From Bacteroidales bacterium (GTDB taxonomy: Bacteria > Bacteroidota > Bacteroidia > Bacteroidales > UBA932): a stretch of DNA of 64,000 nucleotides. Location of the stretch: assembly GCA_009774765.1 (NCBI GenBank), contig VSOK01000003.1, positions 1,885 to 65,884 on the forward strand, given 5' to 3'. Below, in pieces: positions 1 to 8,470 of the stretch. The number at the start of each line of letters is the position of its first letter. Position 1 is the stretch's first letter. Below the pieces are notes generated by a model. The model ran no database searches and was not told the DNA's origin. It worked only from the letters and a program-made list of their open reading frames with translations. Made by a program: the position numbers and the translations under genes.

Positions 1-1814
1 GCATCATTGCAGATGTACGCGAGGTCTGAAGTCACATATCCTTCCGTCAACTTTGCCAGATGGTCAAAGTCAATGTCATCATTATGCGGACGCTTCTTTA
101 TATTCATCTCAAGCACGGCTTTCCTCGCTTCAAAATCAGGTACCGGAATGTAAATCTTGGTGTCAAGTCTGCCGGAGCGCAGGACAGCCGAATCTATACC
201 CTCAGGATTATTCGTCGTCGCGATTATGAAGACCCTGTCATCTCCACAGTTGTTCAGCTGCGAGAGGAATTCATTGACCTCTCCTGAAATATTGGTATTC
301 GTGACATTTGTCCTGTCCGGGGCGAATGCGTCAAATTCATCAAAGCAGATTATGCACGGGGCTTTGGCGCGCGCCTCCTTGAACAGCAGGGCTATCTTGC
401 CCTGTGAACCGTGTATCCAGGTGGAAGCCAGGTCAGAAGCCTTTATAATGGCGAAATTGAACCCTGACTCTTCGGCAAATTTCTCGGCAAAAAAAGTCTT
501 TCCGCATCCAGGAGGGCCGTAAAGAAGCATTCCATTCGGCTGGCGTATCTTATATTGCTTCGCAAGATCAGGATCCTTGAGGAAGAAAAGCACTTTCTTG
601 CTGACCTGGTCCTTAAGTTTCTCGAACCCTGCCACATCATCAAATCCTCCGGCGTCAGGAGAAGCCTTTTTGACCATAGGCGTATATCCGAGTTCAGTTG
701 AAGTGAACTCCTCATCCCCAAGAGTCTGTTTTTCCAGTCCGGTACCATCCTCCCCTATAGCGGAATCGATGAACTTGTCCAAAGTTGACATTCCTTCAGA
801 AGCGATCTCTTCATCATCCTCATAGACATCGCAGTCATTGTAGCCGTGATTGACAAGATCCATTATAAACATATTGCGAAGATCATCAGCACTGATTCCA
901 TCCTTCCTGCTGTCTATAAGGTCCCATTTCTCGGAGCACACTACATTGTAAAGAGACTTCAAGGCCATATATGCTTCAGGAACAGTAAATCTTGTCTCTT
1001 CGTCAGAAGTACCCGTGAAATCACGGAATATTGTCTGGATCACAGAATCCTTCACCGTATCAGGAAACACTTCCTTGTCCCAGAATGAATATCCGTAGAT
1101 ACATTCAAACAGCACAGTACCGACACTGTAAAGGTCATTGTACTGGTCCACGACTCCAAGGCTCGCAGTCTTCAACGGCTGGTATTTCTTGTCCGTGTCG
1201 TATGTGTATATTTTCGTCTCACCGCTTTGAGGTATATGCGTAAGATGATCTATGTCAATAAGTCTTGCTCTTATGAGGCCGTTACGGGGATCCTTGTCAA
1301 GTATTATGTTCGTCGGATTGATGTCACAATGGCAGAAATTGAACACCATCGGCCCTGCAAAACCCTTAAGGGAAGCCATATCGGACACGATGTCCAAAGC
1401 TATCTTGACGGAATCCCTGAATCCGAGAGGTCCAGAGACAAGAAGCCTGTCACTCAGGAGGTCACCGGAAAAATACCTCGTCACCACAAATGGAAGATCA
1501 GCCTCCTTTACCTTGGACTTGCGTCCAGGAGAAGAAAAAAATATTTTTTTGCCCCAGTCCACGACACCGAGAATCTTGGGAATATTTGAACATCCCAGAT
1601 ACTTTATAAGATTCATCTCTCCGGCACTGTTCTTCATCAGCTCCGGGAGTCTGTCGGGAAAATAGATTTTAAGAAGGTATGAAACATCCGTTGAACGGTC
1701 CACTACCCTGTAGGTTTCCGAATATCCGCCTGAAGTGATTATATTGGTAACCTGAAAGCTATTCCTGTAACCGGTCGTGGAACCGATAAAAATATAATCT
1801 TTGTCCAGAATCAT
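1..1814 (-). CDS. Ser/Thr protein kinase-like domain fused to AAA+ ATPase (Cdc48/FtsH-like); 3' end beyond the window
   Basis: Hand translation from ATG at 1814 (MILDKDYIF...) stays open to the window edge. Kinase-like motifs: SGGYSETY, YLLK, HCDINPTNII, LIDID, DLYSVG. After an acidic linker: GFDDVAG, Walker A GPPGCGKT, Walker B ICFDE, ATTNNP, VLRSGRLD. Missing from the ORF track, presumably because its stop is outside the window. Confidence 0.9.
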   Translation of the reverse strand, partial: MILDKDYIFIGSTTGYRNSFQVTNIITSGGYSETYRVVDRSTDVSYLLKIYFPDRLPELMKNSAGEMNLIKYLGCSNIPKILGVVDWGKKIFFSSPGRKSKVKEADLPFVVTRYFSGDLLSDRLLVSGPLGFRDSVKIALDIVSDMASLKGFAGPMVFNFCHCDINPTNIILDKDPRNGLIRARLIDIDHLTHIPQSGETKIYTYDTDKKYQPLKTASLGVVDQYNDLYSVGTVLFECIYGYSFWDKEVFPDTVKDSVIQTIFRDFTGTSDEETRFTVPEAYMALKSLYNVVCSEKWDLIDSRKDGISADDLRNMFIMDLVNHGYNDCDVYEDDEEIASEGMSTLDKFIDSAIGEDGTGLEKQTLGDEEFTSTELGYTPMVKKASPDAGGFDDVAGFEKLKDQVSKKVLFFLKDPDLAKQYKIRQPNGMLLYGPPGCGKTFFAEKFAEESGFNFAIIKASDLASTWIHGSQGKIALLFKEARAKAPCIICFDEFDAFAPDRTNVTNTNISGEVNEFLSQLNNCGDDRVFIIATTNNPEGIDSAVLRSGRLDTKIYIPVPDFEARKAVLEMNIKKRPHNDDIDFDHLAKLTEGYVTSDLAYICND

Positions 1815-1862
1815 AATATATTGCGTTAAATTAAACTCAATTGTCCTTCTGATAATCTGACA

Positions 1863-3074
1863 TCAGATAAAAAGCAGCACGGAAAACATATACAGAAACA
1901 ATGCCTGAAATACTATGTTGCCCGCAGTACTTGCATTGACAATCGTTTCTGCGGCATCAGCGACATTGTCTTCCATCAGTTCTCCTGCGGCAGGCAGATT
2001 CCTTGAGGCCCACTTTCTTACGATATATCCGTTATAAAAGTATGTCGCCCCTCCATTTGACCTGTTCAAAGTCGCAAGAGTTTTATAATCAGAGCAATAT
2101 AAATATTCACAAAGCACAGGGGCAAATTCAGGGACGTAAGTCTGGAAATACTGTTCAGCAGCCAGACGGTCCGCGCTTACAACAAGCAGAGGAGAGAATC
2201 CGGCACCTTCAGCCTCCATCAGCGCACGTGCAGTCCTGCTCCATTTTTTTTCAGACATACCCTCATAGTCATAAACGGAGACCGCAAACACCTTCCCTTC
2301 AGCCGCAAGAGAATCCGCATACTCACCGGAGGCATCAGTGAAAGACAGCGAAGGATTGGAATCAGCTTCCACACCCGATTCCGTCTTTGTACCTATATAT
2401 GTCCAGGTGCTGTCCGGAAGGTCATCAAGGCTGAATGTCCGCTGCATACCGTCCTTTTCGTATATGAATGAGGCCTTGTAGGTATCTGTCGCAAGATTCG
2501 TATCCACGGCAGAAGCCAGACGTGCAGCAGGCCTGTACTCGGTAAAGTCGACAAGAGGTATATAAAGGAGTGAATATACACTGAAAGCGAAAATGGCGGA
2601 TGAGACAAGAGCCATAGAGACATACTTGTGCTTCTTGGGCCTGCCGAGTCTTCCGAAAGGTATAAACGCCACTGCCGCCAGGGCACAGAGCACAATATTC
2701 TTTATAAAAGTCTGGATGTGCGTCAGATGGACAGCCTCCCCGAAACATCCGCAGTCCATCACAGGATTGAAGATGACAAGAGCAGCCGTGAGCAAAGTAA
2801 AAAAAGCCAGGAATGCCGAAGTCACATACGCTACCGCCCTGCGCCACACCCCTGTGGCAAGCGCAGCACCGGTCAGAGCCTCAGCCAGCGCGGCAAGCAC
2901 TCCGACAGCTTTTGCTGAAAAGTCAAGAAATCCCAAATGAAGGAAAGCATAATATTCCTTTACCACAAATCCGGTCCCGACCGGATCCATAAGCTTGAGA
3001 ACACCTGAAACAAGAAATACCGCACCTATAAGGAAAGCGCAGAAACGGCGGAGCCTGTTATAATGTCTGTTCAT
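1863..3074 (-). CDS. DoxX/MauE-like membrane protein (BT_3928-like)
   Basis: FLVSGVLKLMDPVG and DCGCFGEA motifs, several TM segments, C-terminal thioredoxin-like part (RSNGG). Likely start MNRHY at 3074, overlapping the tmk end. Confidence 0.8.
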   Translation of the reverse strand: MNRHYNRLRRFCAFLIGAVFLVSGVLKLMDPVGTGFVVKEYYAFLHLGFLDFSAKAVGVLAALAEALTGAALATGVWRRAVAYVTSAFLAFFTLLTAALVIFNPVMDCGCFGEAVHLTHIQTFIKNIVLCALAAVAFIPFGRLGRPKKHKYVSMALVSSAIFAFSVYSLLYIPLVDFTEYRPAARLASAVDTNLATDTYKASFIYEKDGMQRTFSLDDLPDSTWTYIGTKTESGVEADSNPSLSFTDASGEYADSLAAEGKVFAVSVYDYEGMSEKKWSRTARALMEAEGAGFSPLLVVSADRLAAEQYFQTYVPEFAPVLCEYLYCSDYKTLATLNRSNGGATYFYNGYIVRKWASRNLPAAGELMEDNVADAAETIVNASTAGNIVFQALFLYMFSVLLFI

Positions 3075-3762
3075 ATCCCTTCTGTTCCAACACGCGGTCG
3101 ACCACCGCCTTAACCTTTGCAAATATATCATCCGGCGGAAGCATCTCACCGCATTCGTCGGAGCAGTCTATCCTGATGAATTTTGGATCGGACTCGCACT
3201 GTTCCAGATACATATTCCTTACCTTCACCTGGAACGCCATATCAGCCTCGTGGATATCGCTGCTGCCGTGAAGGTAGCTCCGGTCGGAACCGTTCCTGCA
3301 GGAAGAAAGCTTTTTCTCTACAAAACCGATAGGGACATCCAGAAATATGTTCAGGTCAGGAACAGGAAGTGAGAAATCACCGTATTCCGTATTGAATATC
3401 CAGTCCCTCAAGTCATTCCTTTCCTTGTCATCCTTCAGCTTTGCACACTGGTAGGCGATGTTGGAATACACATACCTGTCAAGAAGCACAGTCCCGCCAT
3501 TGGAAATGACCTCCTTCATACCCGGAGCGGCCCCGTGGCGGTCTTCCGCGAAAAGGAGCGCAACAAGCTGAGGGTGTACAGAGTCATTGCTTCCGAAATC
3601 ACCTCTCAGAAAACGGCTGATCAGTCCTCCGTACACGGGGGAATCATACCTCGGGAAATGTATATATTCCAATTCATTGCAGACGCTTCTGAGATAATTT
3701 TCAAGTTTTCTCACCTGGGTGGACTTTCCGGCTCCATCAAGACCTTCCAAAACTACAAGCAT
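3058..3762 (-). CDS. tmk: Thymidylate kinase
   Basis: EGLDGAGKSTQ P-loop, FPRY, LDRYVYSNIAYQ, PDLNIFLD. ATG at 3762 (TTG at 3783 is the alternative). Confidence 0.95.
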   Translation of the reverse strand: MLVVLEGLDGAGKSTQVRKLENYLRSVCNELEYIHFPRYDSPVYGGLISRFLRGDFGSNDSVHPQLVALLFAEDRHGAAPGMKEVISNGGTVLLDRYVYSNIAYQCAKLKDDKERNDLRDWIFNTEYGDFSLPVPDLNIFLDVPIGFVEKKLSSCRNGSDRSYLHGSSDIHEADMAFQVKVRNMYLEQCESDPKFIRIDCSDECGEMLPPDDIFAKVKAVVDRVLEQKGYEQTL

Positions 3763-3789
3763 AGATTTTTCCTGTTTTTTCAAATCCTA

Positions 3790-3797
3790 CAAAGATA
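3790..3797 (-). promoter_or_regulatory. Bacteroidota -7 promoter box for tmk operon
   Basis: TATCTTTG on the minus strand matches TAnnTTTG just upstream of tmk. Confidence 0.6.
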
Positions 3798-4038
3798 AAA
3801 TAATTCAGAGGTTGTTTGAAATTTTTTCAGAAATTTTCAGAGAGAGTTGAGTTGGTGCAACATAAAAAAGAGACCAAAGTCCCCCGTAAATAATTAACTT
3901 TTATATTGCAAATTTACAAGACGAATAAGAGGTTTGGCCTGTCGGCAATTTTAGAGGCTCAACTAAACCTCTTACTTTGAAAATGGATAATCTGCCAATT
4001 GAGGATAGTATATATAACTTTGCAGAATAAGGTATTGT

Positions 4039-4779
4039 TTACGAGTTTAGAATAAACTTGCATTTAGGAAAGTTCGAGCATCCATAGAAAGAGCCAAATT
4101 TGCCTTGACGTAAAATAAGTTGGCCACCACATCGGGGACAAATACCTTGACTTATAAGATTTCTACTCTTATATTGTTGGGCTTTTGCATTATACTTATG
4201 TCGTTTTAGGTTTTCTCTGTTTGCAACAGTATGGTTTTGTTGAATAGTTTTAATAATCCAATCAATGGTAACCTCATCAAGAACAGGCGTTTTATACTGT
4301 GAGATAGCCCATATCAAATCACATCGGTTTACAACGATATGGTTTTCAATATGCACTTTTAAATCAGCGGCATTATTAAATACGACAATTGGAATAAAAG
4401 GTATATTCACAGAACATCTGAGTAAATAATGGAGAAATCTCACATGTCCCTCGTTCTGCTTAATAGGATTATAAAATTGGTGCTTGCTTTTGTATATTGT
4501 CTGTGTCCAATATTCAGAGTTCTCACCTCCGAATATCCAGCCTTTATAGCCTTTTGTTTCAATTACAAATACCCCATAAGGCGAAACAACAACATGGTCT
4601 ATCTGTGTAGAACGACCATTGCTTTCGAATAATAAATCGTTGAATATTACATACTCATCTGATAATTTTGATATTTTGTCATTAACGAGTTTTTCCGAAT
4701 ATTGACCTTTCCACATTGGTATCTTCAATTTAATGAAGATTGCCAATGCGAAAAATAGTATAATGCTAATTATAGTCAT
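4039..4779 (-). CDS. NERD nuclease-related domain protein with N-terminal TM helix and C-terminal topoisomerase-type C4 zinc ribbon
   Basis: TQIDHVVVSPYGVFVIETKGYKG and NPIKQN (NERD); CPRCGGQLILRQGKFGSFYGCSNFPKC (zf-C4_Topoisom). Confidence 0.9.
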   Translation of the reverse strand: MTIISIILFFALAIFIKLKIPMWKGQYSEKLVNDKISKLSDEYVIFNDLLFESNGRSTQIDHVVVSPYGVFVIETKGYKGWIFGGENSEYWTQTIYKSKHQFYNPIKQNEGHVRFLHYLLRCSVNIPFIPIVVFNNAADLKVHIENHIVVNRCDLIWAISQYKTPVLDEVTIDWIIKTIQQNHTVANRENLKRHKYNAKAQQYKSRNLISQGICPRCGGQLILRQGKFGSFYGCSNFPKCKFILNS

Positions 4780-4782
4780 ATA

Positions 4783-5252
4783 TTAGAAAGGAACAGATAA
4801 TGAGACGGAGCGATTTTTTTGATATTCATCGTCCCAAATAATTTTCAAATCTATCGTGTCAGAATGTCCTTCATAAAGAAAAAGTGTTTCCTCTATAATT
4901 GTGGATTAACGACATCGTATGGGCCAAAGTTTGCGCCATAACATATTTTTGCCATCTCTTCCTCGGGTGTAAGGATTTCTATTCTAACATTATAAGCATT
5001 GACTTTCCCAGCATTAACAAATCGAATCTTGGCTGCTCCTTTATGGCTTGAAATAATATTAGCTTTCATTTCCGCCATTTTTTCTTTTGCCTCTTCCTTT
5101 TCTATCTGCTTAATTTGAAAATCATTCAGAATTTTTTCTTGGTTTTTAATTTTCCTATCATGACGAAAATAAGCCCAAAGCCCACCCAGTATTCCCATTG
5201 CAGACATAATATGAGCGTCCCAATTTTTGAATATATCTATCAAACTATCCAT
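4783..5252 (-). pseudogene. Membrane-anchored hypothetical protein, frameshifted near 4895
   Basis: The ORF stops at 4893 (..VVNPQL*), but a shifted frame continues EETLFLYEGHSDTIDLKIIWDDEYQKNRSVSLSVPF* to 4783, 3 bp before the NERD start. Confidence 0.65.
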
Positions 5253-5510
5253 CTACTTAAATTTTATATACTTATTTCCTCTAAACATCTTTTTTAGTTC
5301 ATCATGAATGTACGTTGAGGCATCTTCTCGAATTTGCTCTTTGACTTCTTCAAAGGTTTCAATATTAAGTTCTTTTAATTCCTCTATGCCGCCCAAATAC
5401 TCCCTGTTGCAGAAAGTGCATTTAATATACGATTGGTCTTCATTAGATTCAAATTGGTCATCACAGCCACAAGTGACACAGCGAAGTCTGACATTATAAT
5501 GGTCTTTCAT
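5253..5510 (-). CDS. Small putative zinc-ribbon protein
   Basis: CVTC...CTFC (two CxxC motifs), 85 aa; its stop codon directly abuts the next start. Confidence 0.75.
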   Translation of the reverse strand: MKDHYNVRLRCVTCGCDDQFESNEDQSYIKCTFCNREYLGGIEELKELNIETFEEVKEQIREDASTYIHDELKKMFRGNKYIKFK

Positions 5511-5524
5511 AAATCATTGGTCTA

Positions 5525-6283
5525 TTATAAATCTTTTAGAGTATCTTTCTCACGCTCTTCTTCAAGTTTGTTACTATAGTATTCTATATTAAGTGAGACT
5601 TGATATTGCTCTCCTTTCAGAAAAACAGCAATTGTTGAAAATGGAGTAAAATGATATGCACTTAAACATTCAAGTCCTGCGACATATGTTGTAAACGCAT
5701 AAATCCCCTCCATATTAAATTCATCCGCTTTACTCTCTTTCCTTCTTATGCCAGCCAAAGAATCACCCCAAAAACCTTGACGGAAATCGGGTTCTCTTTC
5801 CATCTATGGAACAGCCCCTATAAAAATCAATCGTTGTTCATCATTTCCGGCAGTAATCGTCATAAATGTAGGAGATGTAGACATCCACATTTTTATATTT
5901 CCGGTCTCAATGCCTAAATCTCCCATATTGAATGCAGCAAGATTCGTATCATCCAAAGAAATATCCGGCTTGCCGAGTTTGCGACTTGTAATCTGTTCAA
6001 TATCTGCACATACAATTTACCCCATAGAATCTAATAGCTCCGTCGTAGTTTCGTATTTTCAAATATAAATATCACGTAATAACCAGCTTCCAGTCGAAAC
6101 ATAAATATCAACAATGGAGTCTGTACTGACAACTATTCTATCATTGTATTTTTCTTTGAATTTCCAATCAAAAGTATTGGCAAGATCAAAGAAATCAATC
6201 TTATTTTGTGCAAATGAGGTCAAAGTTGCTGACATTAAAAGCAGCATAATGGTTAATCGTTTCATAATTACACTTTTAGCCAA
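5525..6283 (-). pseudogene. Decayed secreted hypothetical protein
   Basis: ORFs 6059-6283 and 5525-5803 share a frame. The linking sequence reads through three stops (TGA 6059-6061, TAA 6017-6019, TAG 5804-5806). Signal peptide MKRLTIMLLLMSATLTSFA-Q. Confidence 0.75.
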
Positions 6284-6295
6284 TTATTATTTCTC

Positions 6296-6790
6296 CTATT
6301 CTGCAAATAATCCATCTAATGCACGTTTTATCGCTTGTCGGATATCATCAGCTTCGGTTGAACCTTGACCCTCTGCAGTACAAGAGCAAACTATTTCATA
6401 AGTTTTTGCCGATATGAATTGAATCGTAACTTCTATTGTATAACCTAATCCACGATTACGCTTACCGCTTTCTCCATAATTGACAATTAGCATCTCTTCT
6501 GCTAATTTAGGATTTAGTTCAGGTAATATTACATAGCCTCTCTGGATTAATATTCCTGCTATGACATCGCTGGGGTTCACACTTTTGGTTGTTGATGAGC
6601 CATATATTCCATATTGTCCACCATAAGTGCTCCCCGTGCTGGAGGAAAGTTCTTTTGTAGGTGTGATATAGGCATATTTAAACATATCAACTGGAGCTTT
6701 TTTCACAATTACAGGCAGTCGGAGTGGAGCACAACTTCCTAACATTAAAATGCTACAGACTACAAAAAATACTTTCTTAATCGTACTCAT
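6296..6790 (-). CDS. Hypothetical lipoprotein
   Basis: Lipobox-type signal KKVFFVVCSILMLGS-C; first gene of the 6790-4039 run. Confidence 0.75.
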   Translation of the reverse strand: MSTIKKVFFVVCSILMLGSCAPLRLPVIVKKAPVDMFKYAYITPTKELSSSTGSTYGGQYGIYGSSTTKSVNPSDVIAGILIQRGYVILPELNPKLAEEMLIVNYGESGKRNRGLGYTIEVTIQFISAKTYEIVCSCTAEGQGSTEADDIRQAIKRALDGLFAE

Positions 6791-6842
6791 AAGCAATTAG
6801 TTTTATCTTCTCCAGTTACCACAAGAACCTTTATAAATCACG

Positions 6843-7007
6843 GAAGCGTGGAACTGTATGCCACACTCTTACTTGAAGGTCGTAGGAAACCTTGGATACG
6901 GATGTAACAATAGTATCCCACGCTATAGCGTGAGAACCACTATGCTATCCTTGTATCCAATTTGAAAATTTCCTACGTTTTCAAGTACAAGATAAGCATA
7001 ACGCTTC
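6843..7007 (-). ncRNA. Candidate structured leader/ncRNA (long nested hairpin)
   Basis: Nine nested complementary segments around the central palindrome CACGCTATAGCGTG, lying between a -7 box (7055-7062) and the lipoprotein start. Family not identified. Confidence 0.55.
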
Positions 7008-7054
7008 TTTCTCTTCTAAATATGTCTTGGAAAGGAGTTACATCCAATCCAACG

Positions 7055-7062
7055 CAAAAGTA
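7055..7062 (-). promoter_or_regulatory. Bacteroidota -7 promoter box upstream of the hairpin leader
   Basis: TACTTTTG on the minus strand. Confidence 0.55.
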
Positions 7063-7270
7063 ATCAAAAGTTTCGGCAATACCTTGCTGCCGAGTGATTT
7101 TTGGTACGAGAGAGCAGACAGAGCCAAATCTCTATTTTCTTGCCCTTATTTGCTGCTTTTCCGGCATCGTCGGTAGTTTTGTTTCCCACAAAACCTATAC
7201 TTGCTCCCCAGACACGTTCAAATGTCGGCTATCGTCTGGCGAGCTACCGACACACTATTTCCAGTACGTA

Positions 7271-8401
7271 TTACATTCCCAACTCCTTTTTCAGCCACAC
7301 TTTCATTACCGGATCGGGAATGAAAACTTGTCGTTTCTCGACCTCTATAAGCTCCTTTTTGACTAATGCTCTTTTCACAATACTTACATTTGCAGACGAA
7401 CCGAGCTGGTATTTTTGTAAAACCTCTTGTGTAGTAAATTCGCTATGAACCCCGTCTATGACGGCTCGCAGAAAATTCATCTGATAGGTAGTAAGGCTTT
7501 CGGTCTGTTTCTCGAACAATGGGGTGTTCTGATCTATAATATCTTGATATGCCGCCTCAAAATTCTGCTCGGTAGCAGTCCCGTCCGTGTGTATCCATAC
7601 CAACCATGCCAACTGCTGCACATAGGACGAATGATTATCCACTTTTTGACATATTCTTTCGGCCAACTTTCTTGATATCTGCTTGCCCGTGGCTTCAAAA
7701 CGACCACATATATAATCTACCCAATCCGAAGTCCCGATTTTCGGCAGATGAATGGCATCACCGAATTTATAGAACGGCAAGCTCTTTTTCTCGAACAGTT
7801 CATTCATCAAATGCTTCTTGCTGCCGAACAGGCAATAAGATACAGACTTTTGTAGTTGCCACACAGTGCGCAGTCGTTTTTGGAACGTCTTGGAATCCTT
7901 GAACTCGGCAATCTGCTGAAACTCGTCGATACACACAACGATATTACAGCCTTTCTTCTGCGCTATTTTTTCCGGAAGCTGCAAAATCTCATCAACATCG
8001 TCACTCCTTGGATTCATCTCAAGTGAAATGGAGAAGTCCGTCATCGGATCTGTACCCATTGAGATTTTCGGGCTGATACGAGAAAGGAATAGTTTGGTAT
8101 TTTCCAACCACTCATCCAGTTTCGAAGATGTTTGTTTGAGAACTGCAGCCGCAAATGCATCGTAGAAATCCTTATCACTGCGACACGAGAAAATATCAAG
8201 ATAGACGACTTTCAGTTTATCGGATTGAGCCAAACGACATACTTTCTGCACCAGTGAAGTCTTACCCCAACGACGAGGTGAAATCAGTACAGTATTCACA
8301 CCATACTGAAAATTCAGCAACAGATGCCCCGTTTCTTTCTCCCTGTCGGTAAAATTGTCGCCCGATGTAGCAACACCGAATATAAAAGGCTTATTCTCCA
8401 T
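7271..8401 (-). CDS. P-loop ATPase, archaeal-ATPase (ATPase_2)-like, probable C-terminal winged helix
   Basis: FTDREKE, Walker A SPRRWGKT, Walker B CIDEFQ, LFGSKKH; C-terminal SSANVSIVKRALVKKELIE...IPDPVMKVW. Confidence 0.85.
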   Translation of the reverse strand: MENKPFIFGVATSGDNFTDREKETGHLLLNFQYGVNTVLISPRRWGKTSLVQKVCRLAQSDKLKVVYLDIFSCRSDKDFYDAFAAAVLKQTSSKLDEWLENTKLFLSRISPKISMGTDPMTDFSISLEMNPRSDDVDEILQLPEKIAQKKGCNIVVCIDEFQQIAEFKDSKTFQKRLRTVWQLQKSVSYCLFGSKKHLMNELFEKKSLPFYKFGDAIHLPKIGTSDWVDYICGRFEATGKQISRKLAERICQKVDNHSSYVQQLAWLVWIHTDGTATEQNFEAAYQDIIDQNTPLFEKQTESLTTYQMNFLRAVIDGVHSEFTTQEVLQKYQLGSSANVSIVKRALVKKELIEVEKRQVFIPDPVMKVWLKKELGM

Positions 8402-8424
8402 AATCTTCAAATGTTATTCAGGTG

Positions 8425-8470
8425 CAAATATATGAAATATTATTATTACTAATAATGTTATTACTAATAA
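8425..8470 (-). promoter_or_regulatory. -7 box plus tandem palindromic operator-like repeats
   Basis: TATATTTG (minus, 8425-8432); TTATTACTAATAA at 8443-8455 and 8458-8470. Confidence 0.55.

Noticed and set aside
60..1665. Several short ORFs in the track
   Set aside because: They are antisense or off-frame shadows of the kinase-AAA gene.
5525..6283. Stop-codon recoding in the island
   Set aside because: The three internal stops are of three different types, and neighbouring genes end normally.
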